Of a DNA stretch of 64,000 nt, positions 9,942 to 19,664 are shown in pieces. Every line of letters starts with the position of its first letter. Position 1 is the stretch's first letter. The notes under the pieces were generated by a model, which was not told the DNA's origin, searched no databases, and was given only the letters and a program-made list of their open reading frames with translations. The translations under genes and the position numbers were made by a program. This DNA is from Phycisphaerales bacterium (GTDB lineage: Bacteria > Planctomycetota > Phycisphaerae > Phycisphaerales > SM1A02). Location of the stretch: NCBI GenBank assembly GCA_014238785.1, contig JABAAL010000006.1, forward strand, positions 13,329 through 77,328. The letters run 5' to 3'.

Positions 9942-10577
9942 TTAGTTCTTTTCCCATTCAAGGTTCATATGGGTAACGATTTGCTCAGTTATATCAATTT
10001 GATCACTTGAATACACAAAACGTTTTACTTTAATCTGCTCGATAATTTGCTGCTCTCTAGAAACTTTTTGGTTTTTGTTTATCAATAGTTCACGACTCAT
10101 ATCATTAATAAGAACCAAGTCGTATCCGTTTTGTTCAGACAGATAGGCGACAGTCTCTTTTATCTTTTGATACAAATCACGGAACATCAATGAGCGCTCT
10201 ATGTCAATTTGCTCTGTAGCGAATCGTTGATAACTATAGGCTTCTAATTTCAAGCGGTCAATTTCTTCGCGAACTAGTTGTCTATCCGCGTCCGTCGTTG
10301 ATTCAAATTCGGCTTCGAGTTCCACCACCGCTTCTCGCTTGGCGACGCTTGTCTCCTGAATCCCAATGATGAGATTTCGAAGTTTAGTTTCTGCATCCGC
10401 GCGTTCTGTAAGGTCAGCAATTACTTTCTCAATATCGAATGTGACAACCACGGTTGGTTGTTTCATCTGGCTTGATGACGCAACTGCTGCGTACCCAGCC
10501 ACAATAAATACTACTGAGGCCAGGGCAACCAGCCATGACATTCGTTGGAGTCGATTTTTACTCGTTGTGTTACACAT
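9942..10577 (-). CDS. skp: OmpH/Skp-like periplasmic chaperone (second tandem copy)
   Basis: Same architecture as 9295-9912. The two share a C-terminal motif (QIDITEQIVTHMN versus MDVTDTLIEYMN). Confidence 0.7.
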   Translation of the reverse strand: MCNTTSKNRLQRMSWLVALASVVFIVAGYAAVASSSQMKQPTVVVTFDIEKVIADLTERADAETKLRNLIIGIQETSVAKREAVVELEAEFESTTDADRQLVREEIDRLKLEAYSYQRFATEQIDIERSLMFRDLYQKIKETVAYLSEQNGYDLVLINDMSRELLINKNQKVSREQQIIEQIKVKRFVYSSDQIDITEQIVTHMNLEWEKN

Positions 10578-10655
10578 ATAAATAGCCCTTCAAGCAGAAG
10601 ATTTCAAAATGAATAATTGATAATTATATGTGATAATTCCGTTAGACGTGGAGCG

Positions 10656-13112
10656 CTAAAACGGCAGTTGAACGCTAAAACTGAACACTGACTTCTCGTC
10701 AGTTTCTTGCTTCACGACAGGAAACCCAAAGTCAAATGCAAGCGGAGCGTTACCAAGTTGAGGAATATGAAGACGAATACCTGAACCAACGCTCACTCGA
10801 TATTCATCAAATCCAGGCGAGTCAGTCACCGTACCGCTATCACAAAAAACGACCATTGAAATAAACCTATCAAGCAGTGGGATCTCGTATTGGGCGCCGA
10901 TAAACAACTCCCATATTCCACCGATGGAAACGTCCGTAGGACCCCCTGAAACCCTTGGCGTACCCTTAGGTGAGATTGTCATAAATTCAAAACCTCGCAT
11001 AGATCGGCCGCCGAGCGTGAACCGACTAAATGTCGGGGAATCGCCATTAAAAATGTATCCAATTTTTGTGTCGATGCGGAGGGTCGTCGCTCTATCTAAA
11101 AAGTCGCGTGAAGTCGCGAGGTACGTTGTGTAGTCTAAAGAAGTTTTTGTAAACGAATAATCACCAGAAGGCACACCAAATTGATCGATACTCAAACTCA
11201 ATCTTGAGCCCCTGCTCGGGCGGCTCCATGGCTCAAGTGTGCTTCGAGTCGCAGAAATACTTACCGAATTAAGGGTGCTTGGCCCACGATCATTATAAAT
11301 TTCGATGGGAATATCATCGTCTATATCTGTCAGTTCAATTTTATCCATTGAGAGTGAAATATTCCCACTCCAGAGTTCTCCAAATCTTCGCCCGACACTT
11401 ACGCGACTATAGAGCGTCTCTTTTGTATAGTCCGACAACGTCCGCATTGAATACCCCACCCTGCCACCAAGAGAATAATCGGTGTCTAAAAAACGTGGAT
11501 CGGTCAAACCAATCCCATAATTAAATCGTTCATCTCCAGGCTGAAACTCCATTGAGAACTGTTGTCCTGCACCAATAAAAGCTTTTCGCCCCCAAAATTC
11601 AGACCACGTTTCTGGCAAATCTGCGATATCAAAATTTGATTGGCTCATAGAAATATTGCCCATCAAACCAGAATCGCTGCCAGCCATTAAACCAAAACTC
11701 AATGTGCCTGTCTGCCGCTCCTCTACAGCCACTTCTAAGTTTGTATACCCCGGATTGACTAAATCTTTGTCCTGAATAGCCATCGTTACATTGCCAAACA
11801 GTTGCGACCTAAGCATGCGCTCTTCAGAGCGCACTGATTCGTAAGCATCAAAGGGATACCCAGGTATCAACCCAAGCCTGCCTCGTATCTCGCTATCCTT
11901 TGTCACCGTGTTTCCTGTGACAGTAACGAGTCCCACTTTCGTTGGAATTCCCTCTTCTATCACAAAAATGATATCCATTTGCATTTCGGGTCCAGCGTGG
12001 TACGGGACGACTCGCACAATCTCTTGCTGGATCGAATTATTACGACCAGAGAAGCTTTTTCTAGCGCGTTCCATGATCTGAGTGCGTGGATCCACTTCAA
12101 CAATGCGACCAAGAACACCGTACGCACGATTTATTATTTTCACTGCCTCTGCAACATCATTTGGACGGTACACGTCGCCAGCCTTCATTGGAATTAAAGC
12201 TGCAATCTGTTCGTCAGCGAACACTGGTTCTGTATTTCCCTCCTTATTGAATTGGAGTGAAATACCGCCAAGGATGTATTGAGCGTTTTCTTCAATAAAA
12301 AACTTAACTTTTGCTTCCTTGTCATTTTGGCTCAACATAATGTTGAAAGAAACTCGTACATCGCTATACCCGCGGTTCATATAAAACCTGCGAATTCTTT
12401 GTGCGTCCGTTTCGAGCACCGCTTCGTTTAATTCTCCTCGGCGGAAAAATGGCACGGATGTATTTGTGTCGAGTTCAGCAGTTAGCTCTTTGTCGGTAAA
12501 TGAGTGATTCCCAATAACAGAGACTGCTTTAACTCGAACGCGTAAGCCTTCGATTACGCGGTATATCAACGCGACCGATTCGTCTATTTGCAAGCCGGTT
12601 CTCTCGTCAACTCCTCCTTTGGGATAGAGAATAGTCTCTACAAAAACCTCGACAAGATAATTCCCTTGTTCTTTATATATATCTACAATCGCTCTACGAC
12701 CCCGTTCTATCGCATCACTATCTTTCCCCAAACCCGGCAATATGGGGACACGTTCCAGCAGCTCTTGGTCACTAAGAAGCGTGTTCCCCACCACTGAAAT
12801 CTGAGCAATGATTTGCTGCTCTGTAAACGTGAAAAGGAGATGAACATTTCCGTTTTCTTGAAGGGTACTCTCCGCCCGTATGCGTTCAAATTCACCAAGA
12901 GAGTTCAACACTCGCAAATCTTCTTCAACAACATCCGGATTAAAAGGAAGCCCGACCGCAGATTGAATCAAATTAAATATCCGCTGCTCAGTTACTCGGT
13001 CCAATCGAGCAAATTCTATTGAAGAAACGATTCCCCCGTCAAAATTCGCTGATGCCGTTCGGACGTGAAAAATGCTGGTTAGGCAGAAGAATATTACTGC
13101 TAGGAGTCGCAT
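10656..13112 (-). CDS. bamA: Outer membrane protein assembly factor BamA
   Basis: POTRA repeats followed by a C-terminal beta-barrel ending in ...FSVQLPF. The signal peptide MRLLAVIFFCLTSIFHVRTASA supports the start at 13112 rather than 13181. Confidence 0.9.
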   Translation of the reverse strand: MRLLAVIFFCLTSIFHVRTASANFDGGIVSSIEFARLDRVTEQRIFNLIQSAVGLPFNPDVVEEDLRVLNSLGEFERIRAESTLQENGNVHLLFTFTEQQIIAQISVVGNTLLSDQELLERVPILPGLGKDSDAIERGRRAIVDIYKEQGNYLVEVFVETILYPKGGVDERTGLQIDESVALIYRVIEGLRVRVKAVSVIGNHSFTDKELTAELDTNTSVPFFRRGELNEAVLETDAQRIRRFYMNRGYSDVRVSFNIMLSQNDKEAKVKFFIEENAQYILGGISLQFNKEGNTEPVFADEQIAALIPMKAGDVYRPNDVAEAVKIINRAYGVLGRIVEVDPRTQIMERARKSFSGRNNSIQQEIVRVVPYHAGPEMQMDIIFVIEEGIPTKVGLVTVTGNTVTKDSEIRGRLGLIPGYPFDAYESVRSEERMLRSQLFGNVTMAIQDKDLVNPGYTNLEVAVEERQTGTLSFGLMAGSDSGLMGNISMSQSNFDIADLPETWSEFWGRKAFIGAGQQFSMEFQPGDERFNYGIGLTDPRFLDTDYSLGGRVGYSMRTLSDYTKETLYSRVSVGRRFGELWSGNISLSMDKIELTDIDDDIPIEIYNDRGPSTLNSVSISATRSTLEPWSRPSRGSRLSLSIDQFGVPSGDYSFTKTSLDYTTYLATSRDFLDRATTLRIDTKIGYIFNGDSPTFSRFTLGGRSMRGFEFMTISPKGTPRVSGGPTDVSIGGIWELFIGAQYEIPLLDRFISMVVFCDSGTVTDSPGFDEYRVSVGSGIRLHIPQLGNAPLAFDFGFPVVKQETDEKSVFSFSVQLPF

Positions 13113-13205
13113 CTGTGCCGTGAAGGATACCCACCAAGGCTGCGAGATACAACCGCATTGGCTATGGGAAGTACAATACATCTCTCATTTAAAGGTACCC
13201 ATGTC

Positions 13206-14321
13206 ATGACAAAAACAGAACAATTGACCGCAACACCATTCCATACATATCACGTTGACCAAGGCGCGAAAATGGTTAACTTTGCTGGGTGGGAAATGCC
13301 CTTGCTGTATGGCTCCATCATCGAAGAACACCTGCAAGTACGACGTAGTGGTGGATTATTTGATGTCTCACATATGGGCCGGCTTCGATTCACTGGAAAA
13401 GATGCATGCAACGTGCTCGACCACCTCTGCACAAGGCAAATTCTCGGTATGCAAGATGGGCAAATCAGATATTCCATTGTTTGCAACGCACATGGTGGTT
13501 GTAGAGACGATGTGTTAATCTATAAAATAAAAGATTGCGAATACCTCATGGTCTGTAATGGTGCCAATCGTGAAAAAATCCTTAAGCACATCGATGATAA
13601 TCGTTGCGCGTATGTATTCAAATTAAAAGATGAAACAGAATCAACCGCGATGATTGCGCTGCAGGGACCAAAAGTCATGGATGTGCTTTCTAAGGTGTCC
13701 TCAGAAATTAAAGATTTAAAGAGATATCGTTTTGCAACAAAACATCTTCTTATTGCAAAGTTGCTCATTTCCCGCACCGGGTACACCGGCGAAGATGGTG
13801 TCGAGATCATTCTTCCTGCAAAGTTTGCAAAGAAAGTTGTCGACATGATGCTTAGCAATATGGAAGACCCCTCGGTCATTTTGCCCTCCGGTCTTGGTGC
13901 AAGAGATTCGTTGAGGCTCGAGGCTGGCATGCCCTTATATGGACACGAACTCACGGAAGAAATCGATCCTCTTGCGGCGGGATTACATTTCGCTGTAAAA
14001 CTTGAAAAAGGCATTGGTGAAAATGAAGCTGCGTCATTCATCGGCCAAGAAGCGTTGCAGGAAATTTCGAACCAAAACCCAAAGATGAAACTCGTTGGCC
14101 TTACCTTGGAAGGCAAACGAAGCCCTCGCCAAGGGATGCATATCATTGAAAGTGCCAACGAAATAGGTTTCGTCACAAGTGGCTGCTTAAGTCCTACGTT
14201 TGGATATCCAATTGCGATGGCGTATATCCCAAGCGATTTCCAGGGCGAAACCGTTTCCATTGACTTTGGCAAACAAGCTCTACCCGCAACCATCGTCCCA
14301 TTGCCTTTCTACAAAAAATAA
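13206..14321 (+). CDS. gcvT: Glycine cleavage system aminomethyltransferase (T protein)
   Basis: TPFHTYHVDQGAKMVNFAGWEMPLLY, GLFDVSHMGR, ALQGP, SRTGYTGEDGVEI, GLGARDSLRLEAGMPLYGHEL. Confidence 0.93.
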   Translation: MTKTEQLTATPFHTYHVDQGAKMVNFAGWEMPLLYGSIIEEHLQVRRSGGLFDVSHMGRLRFTGKDACNVLDHLCTRQILGMQDGQIRYSIVCNAHGGCRDDVLIYKIKDCEYLMVCNGANREKILKHIDDNRCAYVFKLKDETESTAMIALQGPKVMDVLSKVSSEIKDLKRYRFATKHLLIAKLLISRTGYTGEDGVEIILPAKFAKKVVDMMLSNMEDPSVILPSGLGARDSLRLEAGMPLYGHELTEEIDPLAAGLHFAVKLEKGIGENEAASFIGQEALQEISNQNPKMKLVGLTLEGKRSPRQGMHIIESANEIGFVTSGCLSPTFGYPIAMAYIPSDFQGETVSIDFGKQALPATIVPLPFYKK

Positions 14322-14486
14322 AAACTATCCCACGGGTCGTTTCTCTTTCCGTGCCTTGGCATCTGTGCGGCAATTCCCTACCCGTCCATACTTTGCAACT
14401 AATGAGCAAATTGAAAGGGACACCGACTCCGGCGCTGAAAATCGAACTTTCAAAACTTTTTTTGCCGCGGAAATGCGGAGGCAACC

Positions 14487-15197
14487 CTATTCACGCAAGA
14501 GACGAATCTCATCACGCAAGATTGCGGCGAGTTCATAATTTTCATTTTCAATTGCCGCAGCAAGGCGTTCTTTCAAATCGGCTCGCTCTGAGCGTGGTAA
14601 CCTGGGCACAAGTGCCTCTTTCATGCCCAAAAGCAGATGTGTCTCGTTCGATTGTTCCCAATCGTCCCCAAGTGTTTCTTGCAATTGCTCGAGACCTTGA
14701 TCTAGCGCAGCCATTGCCCGAGAGACGCTATCTTCTTCGATTGCCCATTCCGCTGCTGCACGTGCTCGCAACGCAATAACCGAACCCCTGAATTGTTCCA
14801 GTGCCGAACGATCCTGATGTTCATCGGCATGGTGATGGCAAAGATCAAACAATTCTAGATTGTCGCTGCAATCACGGATGGCCTCCTTCCACCGACCAAT
14901 TGCAAACAATGCAGCAGATCTATGCGAGCGCTGCACACCCTCTTCTCGGAGTCGCCGACACATCGCTGGATCCAAATTACCGTCCACCCCACAATCTTTG
15001 AATAGCGCCAACAATGAAGGGTATCCCTCTTGGGAAACGCCATCGGGTCGATCATCCATCTCCATCTGAATAACACCCAACTCTATTCGTAGCTGAATAA
15101 GTTCGCGTTCATCATCAGCCTCAATAATTCGCACATTCAACGTGCCTTGCTCATACGACCACGCTTTTAGGATGTTGGAAATGTCGTTATTCTGCAT
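14487..15197 (-). CDS. UVR-domain-containing protein of unknown function
   Basis: 236 aa. The C-terminus ENYELAAILRDEIRLLRE matches the UvrB/UvrC (UVR) motif. The rest is unassigned. Confidence 0.6.
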   Translation of the reverse strand: MQNNDISNILKAWSYEQGTLNVRIIEADDERELIQLRIELGVIQMEMDDRPDGVSQEGYPSLLALFKDCGVDGNLDPAMCRRLREEGVQRSHRSAALFAIGRWKEAIRDCSDNLELFDLCHHHADEHQDRSALEQFRGSVIALRARAAAEWAIEEDSVSRAMAALDQGLEQLQETLGDDWEQSNETHLLLGMKEALVPRLPRSERADLKERLAAAIENENYELAAILRDEIRLLRE

Positions 15198-15353
15198 AAT
15201 CAGTACATCTTACCTAGTGTATTGATGAGGGCTAGGGGCTCCGTGAGGATTATGCGGGCGTACTACAAGGCAATTCGGAGGTTGAGGTGTACACGGGCAA
15301 TAAATAGGTCGAATCAATTGTTGGGCTAGAAGTTTTTAAATTAGGAGACAAGC

Positions 15354-16181
15354 GTGGACCTCGAACTATATTTGCATCAGATCAATGAAGTAGCTCTTCT
15401 TTCGCCAGAAGAAGAGAAAAGCCTTGGATGGCAAATCATAAACGACAACAATGCCGCGGCAAAGGAGCACATGATTCGTGCAAACCTACGCCTTGTCGTT
15501 TCCATTGGGAAACGATACTTAGGAAGAGGTCTTACCCTTGCTGATTTGATTGAAGAGGGGAATGTGGGTTTGATTCGCGCTGTCGAAGGGTTTGACCCCG
15601 CCCATGGAGCACGTTTCTCAACGTATGCCTCTTGGTGGATCAAACAATCTATCAAAAGAATGCTTACCAACGCAACGCAACCTGTGCACATCCCCGCGTA
15701 TATGGTCGACCTTATCAACAAGTATCGAGATATCTCAAACAAACTCAAAGAGCATTTAGAACAAACTCCGTCAAATCAAGAAGTTGCTGACGCGATGGAA
15801 ATTCCATTGAAAAAACTCAATACGATTCGCCGAGCAATGCGAACTTGCTCTGGCAGAGTGCCAAGAACTGTTGGGGGTGAACCAATCTCGCTCTCGGAAG
15901 CATTTGAAGATGCAAAAAGCAAACGCCCCGACGAACAAGTGGAACAACGAGAAACCATCAAAGACATTCTTGGTTTCCTCGGACAACTTGATCATAGAGA
16001 TGCGCGAGTGCTACGATTACGTTTTGGTTTAGAAGGGCAAGACCCATTAACACTCAAAGAAATCGGCTTAGTCATCGGCCTCACAAGAGAGCGCGTTAGA
16101 CAAATTGAAATCGATTCACTACGAAGATTGCGAGATCGAATGCAACATGGCACCCCATTGAGTAAACGACGAGCCTCATGA
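15354..16181 (+). CDS. Sigma-70 family RNA polymerase sigma factor (RpoD/SigA-related, lacking region 1.1)
   Basis: GTG start preceded by AGGAGA. Region 2 [32 protein letters not shown] and region 4 [21 protein letters not shown]. Confidence 0.9.
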   Translation: MDLELYLHQINEVALLSPEEEKSLGWQIINDNNAAAKEHMIRANLRLVVSIGKRYLGRGLTLADLIEEGNVGLIRAVEGFDPAHGARFSTYASWWIKQSIKRMLTNATQPVHIPAYMVDLINKYRDISNKLKEHLEQTPSNQEVADAMEIPLKKLNTIRRAMRTCSGRVPRTVGGEPISLSEAFEDAKSKRPDEQVEQRETIKDILGFLGQLDHRDARVLRLRFGLEGQDPLTLKEIGLVIGLTRERVRQIEIDSLRRLRDRMQHGTPLSKRRAS

Positions 16182-16631
16182 CGGTTCATCAAGTGTAATA
16201 TTGACATACTTGGCACGAACGACGGCGTTGTAAGCAGCAATTGTGTGCCCCCATCTTGTTTCCTTGGTCGGCCTAATCAAAATCGGATGGGTTTCTGTGA
16301 ACAAGCCCGATGCGCCAAACCTCCCTGCTTTGTTTGAGCGAAGAAAGAGAACAAGTTCTTCAATAGATGAAACAGGGTCCCATGGACCATCGAGCCGAAC
16401 CCGAAAGTCGCTTTTTTTATCACCTGCAGACTCAACAAAAATTACAAGTGGTTCACTATCGAGCTGTATTGTTTGTCTGTAATCTCTCAATGGCAAATCC
16501 ATGGGGAATGACTCTTCTGCCGTTTTGAATTCCGTCGCAACCATAAAATAAATCAACAACAAAAACACAACGTCAATCATCGATGTTAGATTCACACCAA
16601 TCGTCCCTGCCTTTCGTCGTCTAACAATCAA
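16176..16631 (-). CDS. exbD: ExbD/TolR family protein
   Basis: N-terminus [18 protein letters not shown], a single TM helix, then a periplasmic domain. Confidence 0.85.
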   Translation of the reverse strand: MIVRRRKAGTIGVNLTSMIDVVFLLLIYFMVATEFKTAEESFPMDLPLRDYRQTIQLDSEPLVIFVESAGDKKSDFRVRLDGPWDPVSSIEELVLFLRSNKAGRFGASGLFTETHPILIRPTKETRWGHTIAAYNAVVRAKYVNITLDEPS

Positions 16632-17065
16632 GGTTGTTCACCTTCAATGACGAGTTGCAGTCTTGGGTTCAGACCAGCTGCCCTAATTGCCTCGATTACT
16701 TGATGCACGTACGAATATTTTGTTGTTCTATCCGCACGAAGATGGACTTCTGTTGCACCACCTCGCAGTCGTGTTTCAACGATATCGCTAAGTTCGTGCA
16801 TTGAATCCCATGCAATCGTATGGCCAGCAACCACGATACCTGCCACGTCACCATGTTCAAGAGGAACTACATTCACAACAACCCTACTCTGATTATCCGG
16901 AATTCCAGCGACCGCCTGTGATGGTGCTGGCAAATTCATAAATACTGCATCGCGATCCACAATTTGAGACACAACAACAAAGAAAACAATAAGCAAAAAT
17001 GTGACATCAATCATCGGTGTCATATTCGCGTTAATGACCGAAGATGGATTCCCTCGTCGTGCCAT
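16628..17065 (-). CDS. exbD: ExbD/TolR family protein
   Basis: NMTPMIDVTFLLIVFFVV motif. It overlaps the downstream exbD by 4 nt. Confidence 0.85.
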   Translation of the reverse strand: MARRGNPSSVINANMTPMIDVTFLLIVFFVVVSQIVDRDAVFMNLPAPSQAVAGIPDNQSRVVVNVVPLEHGDVAGIVVAGHTIAWDSMHELSDIVETRLRGGATEVHLRADRTTKYSYVHQVIEAIRAAGLNPRLQLVIEGEQP

Positions 17066-17865
17066 TACACGGCCTCAACGGCTCGTGATTGTTTACTTAC
17101 TGAATCTGATGTTTGTTCGCGGGGTATTTGACTCGTTTTTCTTGGTCTAAAACTATTCAATATTTCTTCTGCTTCAATCGTGGCCTCAACGGTAATCTCA
17201 TCAATTTTATTTCGAATAATTGCATACCCCGAGAGCGCTGGAATTGCTACGACAAGCCCCCAAAATGTTGTTGTCAATGCTGTGCCGATTCCACCCGCCA
17301 GTGCAACAGGATCGGCACTTCCGCCGGCTGCAACAATTGCGCCAAATGCAAGAATCATTCCATACACTGTTCCAAACAACCCAATCATTGGACTGACTTG
17401 TCCCAACACGTTTAGTAATTCTATTCGCCTGAGTCGTTTCGTTGCAAGTTCGTCCGCGGTCTGCTCCAGTGCTCGCATCATCGCGGGGAATCCAAATTTC
17501 GCTTCATGAAATGCTGCTACTAAAATTTTCCCAAGGTAACTATCACTTTTTGCAGCAGCATCAATCACCTGTTGGAATCTCTTCTTTTTTATGTGCGCAC
17601 GAATCTTAACAACCAAGTCGTCAGGCAACACGCTTGCCCTTCGATTCGCCAGTGCAAGGTGCACAATCAAACCAATACCGCTCATCGACATCAAAAGTAA
17701 TAGCCACGTTACCGCACTTCCAAGCAACTCGATTGAGCCATCGTTCCTCCGCGAAACAAAAAACGCCTCGCCAAAACTATGCGCACCAGTATCAGCTATT
17801 GCTGTGGTGGCAGTTGCCGCTACAAAAAGCGCACTGAGTTGTATCAATCTCCGTTTGGCATCCAT
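17065..17865 (-). CDS. exbB: MotA/TolQ/ExbB proton-channel protein
   Basis: Three TM helices. Conserved core LNVLGQVSPMIGLFGTVYGMILAF and GGIGTALTTTFWGLVVAIPA. Confidence 0.88.
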   Translation of the reverse strand: MDAKRRLIQLSALFVAATATTAIADTGAHSFGEAFFVSRRNDGSIELLGSAVTWLLLLMSMSGIGLIVHLALANRRASVLPDDLVVKIRAHIKKKRFQQVIDAAAKSDSYLGKILVAAFHEAKFGFPAMMRALEQTADELATKRLRRIELLNVLGQVSPMIGLFGTVYGMILAFGAIVAAGGSADPVALAGGIGTALTTTFWGLVVAIPALSGYAIIRNKIDEITVEATIEAEEILNSFRPRKTSQIPREQTSDSVSKQSRAVEAV

Positions 17866-17877
17866 GCCAGAATCTCC

Positions 17878-18825
17878 TTACTTTACTACCTTACCACGCT
17901 CTATACAGACATACCCATCATCACCGCCATGAATTTTCGCAATCTTTTCCATTGTTCCGTTCACATCTTCGGAAAGGTACTGGATGCAATTAATCTGTAC
18001 TTTTCGCAAGCCATTTCGAGAATCTGCGGGATTAAGGCCATCAATCTCCTCGAGTAACTCTTCCTCAGGAACCTCGTAACTGCCTGCGCCTGTGATATTT
18101 TCACTCAGCAAATACATCACTTCCGGTTCAAGTCTCATCGCAGTTTTTATTGCAACAATTGGATTGCTACCTCCGGTTGGGATCACTTTTCCACTCGTGC
18201 CAATCCAACGCATCGCTTTTTCTATGTTGGAAGCGTTCGCATAAACCAGTTTTCCTTTTGGAGGAACCGCGATCGATTTTTTATTTTGAAAAAATACCAC
18301 GCCAAACATTTGTTTTGGATGCAGTTTTCTAAGTGATCGCTCAAGTTCTTCCAGCACAGCCGAAAGGTGCAGCATCATTGATCCAGATGCGTCGACTACA
18401 TACACAATTCGCCGAGCAGCAACCGCGTCAAGTCCCATAAACTTTACTTCCGTTTCCGGCTCCCTTGCGGCTTTCTTTGGTACATTCCCTGTCGTTGCGA
18501 TTTCGTGCAGAACTGCCAAGCCATCCCGAGCTGGCTCTGGTTTTTGATGTGTAACTATTTTTTCTGGTTCATGTTGTTCCGGTTCTTTTTCTACAACTTC
18601 TGTAAGGGCGGGAATTTCAACGAGAATTTCAGCTTGCTCCACAATTGCCTGTTCGTGCCAAGCCGCCGTCACTGCATGTGGAGGATCTACTTCGTCACGT
18701 ATCACTGACCACGTAATAAAAAATGCAACAAGACCGATACCAATATGTGCGCCAATAGAAAGTGACCATGCAATTGGACCACTAATATCCTGAGTAGAAT
18801 TTGCGTTGTGTGAAGAGTTGCTCAT
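17878..18825 (-). CDS. Membrane-anchored von Willebrand factor A domain protein in the TonB position
   Basis: One N-terminal TM helix (IGAHIGIGLVAFFITWSVI), a Glu/Pro/Lys-rich linker (EKEPEQHEPEKIVTHQKPEP), then a vWA domain with the MIDAS motif DASGS (RIVYVVDASGSMM). I did not see a TonB C-terminal motif. Confidence 0.7.
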   Translation of the reverse strand: MSNSSHNANSTQDISGPIAWSLSIGAHIGIGLVAFFITWSVIRDEVDPPHAVTAAWHEQAIVEQAEILVEIPALTEVVEKEPEQHEPEKIVTHQKPEPARDGLAVLHEIATTGNVPKKAAREPETEVKFMGLDAVAARRIVYVVDASGSMMLHLSAVLEELERSLRKLHPKQMFGVVFFQNKKSIAVPPKGKLVYANASNIEKAMRWIGTSGKVIPTGGSNPIVAIKTAMRLEPEVMYLLSENITGAGSYEVPEEELLEEIDGLNPADSRNGLRKVQINCIQYLSEDVNGTMEKIAKIHGGDDGYVCIERGKVVK

Positions 18826-18865
18826 TGTTCAGTCCGCACCTTACACTAGAAATTCGCGGCACCTT

Positions 18866-19504
18866 CTATTCGCTGCGGTTTTTTGTGCCATTGTTTTTTT
18901 TCGCTGGCTCGGTTTTTTTATGTCTTGCGTCAAGCGAGAAAACACCTCCACCACCCAATAGAAGCCCCAGCGAAAGTGTAAATAATCCAAGGCCAGCAAA
19001 AAGTTGAATAAATTGATGTGAATCGTGCGGCCATTCAAATGGATTCATCGTGAACATCCCATGCATGCCGCCAGACACAAGGTAGATAGCGGTGCCCGTC
19101 GCAACGCAGATTGTAAGTGCGGCAAGCCGAGTGAAAAGCCCCACCAAGAGTAATACGCCTGCGACGAGTTGTGAAACTGCTGCTGCCCATGCTATAAAAA
19201 TTCCCCAACCGCCAAGGTCTGGCCATCTGTTATCTAGAAGCCACGCTATTCTGTGTACGCCTCGGGTTGTCGCATTTATTGAAGTCGGAGTAACTGCTTC
19301 ATCGCTTTCCTCGAGTGTGGAATCAGCAACATCTTCGACGGCTGGAGTATTCACCTCTATCTCCATAGCCTGAAGCCCTTGCGCTATTGAGGAACGAATC
19401 TCTACTTGGCTGAAACAATTCACCCAGCCAGAGGTTAGCATCGCGGCTGCGATAACAATTCGTACAAGAAAGGGCATTATTAAAGTTGTTGCAAAGTTCG
19501 TCAT
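18866..19504 (-). CDS. DoxX family membrane protein
   Basis: LVAGVLLLVGLFTRLAALTICVATGTAIYL is typical of DoxX. There is an acidic loop insertion after the first helix. Confidence 0.7.
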   Translation of the reverse strand: MTNFATTLIMPFLVRIVIAAAMLTSGWVNCFSQVEIRSSIAQGLQAMEIEVNTPAVEDVADSTLEESDEAVTPTSINATTRGVHRIAWLLDNRWPDLGGWGIFIAWAAAVSQLVAGVLLLVGLFTRLAALTICVATGTAIYLVSGGMHGMFTMNPFEWPHDSHQFIQLFAGLGLFTLSLGLLLGGGGVFSLDARHKKTEPAKKNNGTKNRSE

Positions 19505-19560
19505 AAAAAAGTCTTTTGAAAAGTGTGTTTCACCATATCATATCCACTCTACACCACCCA

Positions 19561-19644
19561 GCGGGCGTGGCGAAATTGGCAGACGCGCCAGATTTAGGTT
19601 CTGGTGGGGTAACACCCGTGGAGGTTCGAGTCCTCTCGCCCGCA
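19561..19644 (+). tRNA. tRNA-Leu (anticodon TAG)
   Basis: Cloverleaf read by eye: acceptor GCGGGCG/CGCCCGC, anticodon arm CCAGA-TTTAGGT-TCTGG, long variable arm, T arm GGAGG-TTCGAGT-CCTCT, discriminator A. 84 nt. Confidence 0.9.
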
Positions 19645-19664
19645 TTTTTCCTCGGAAGTTAACC

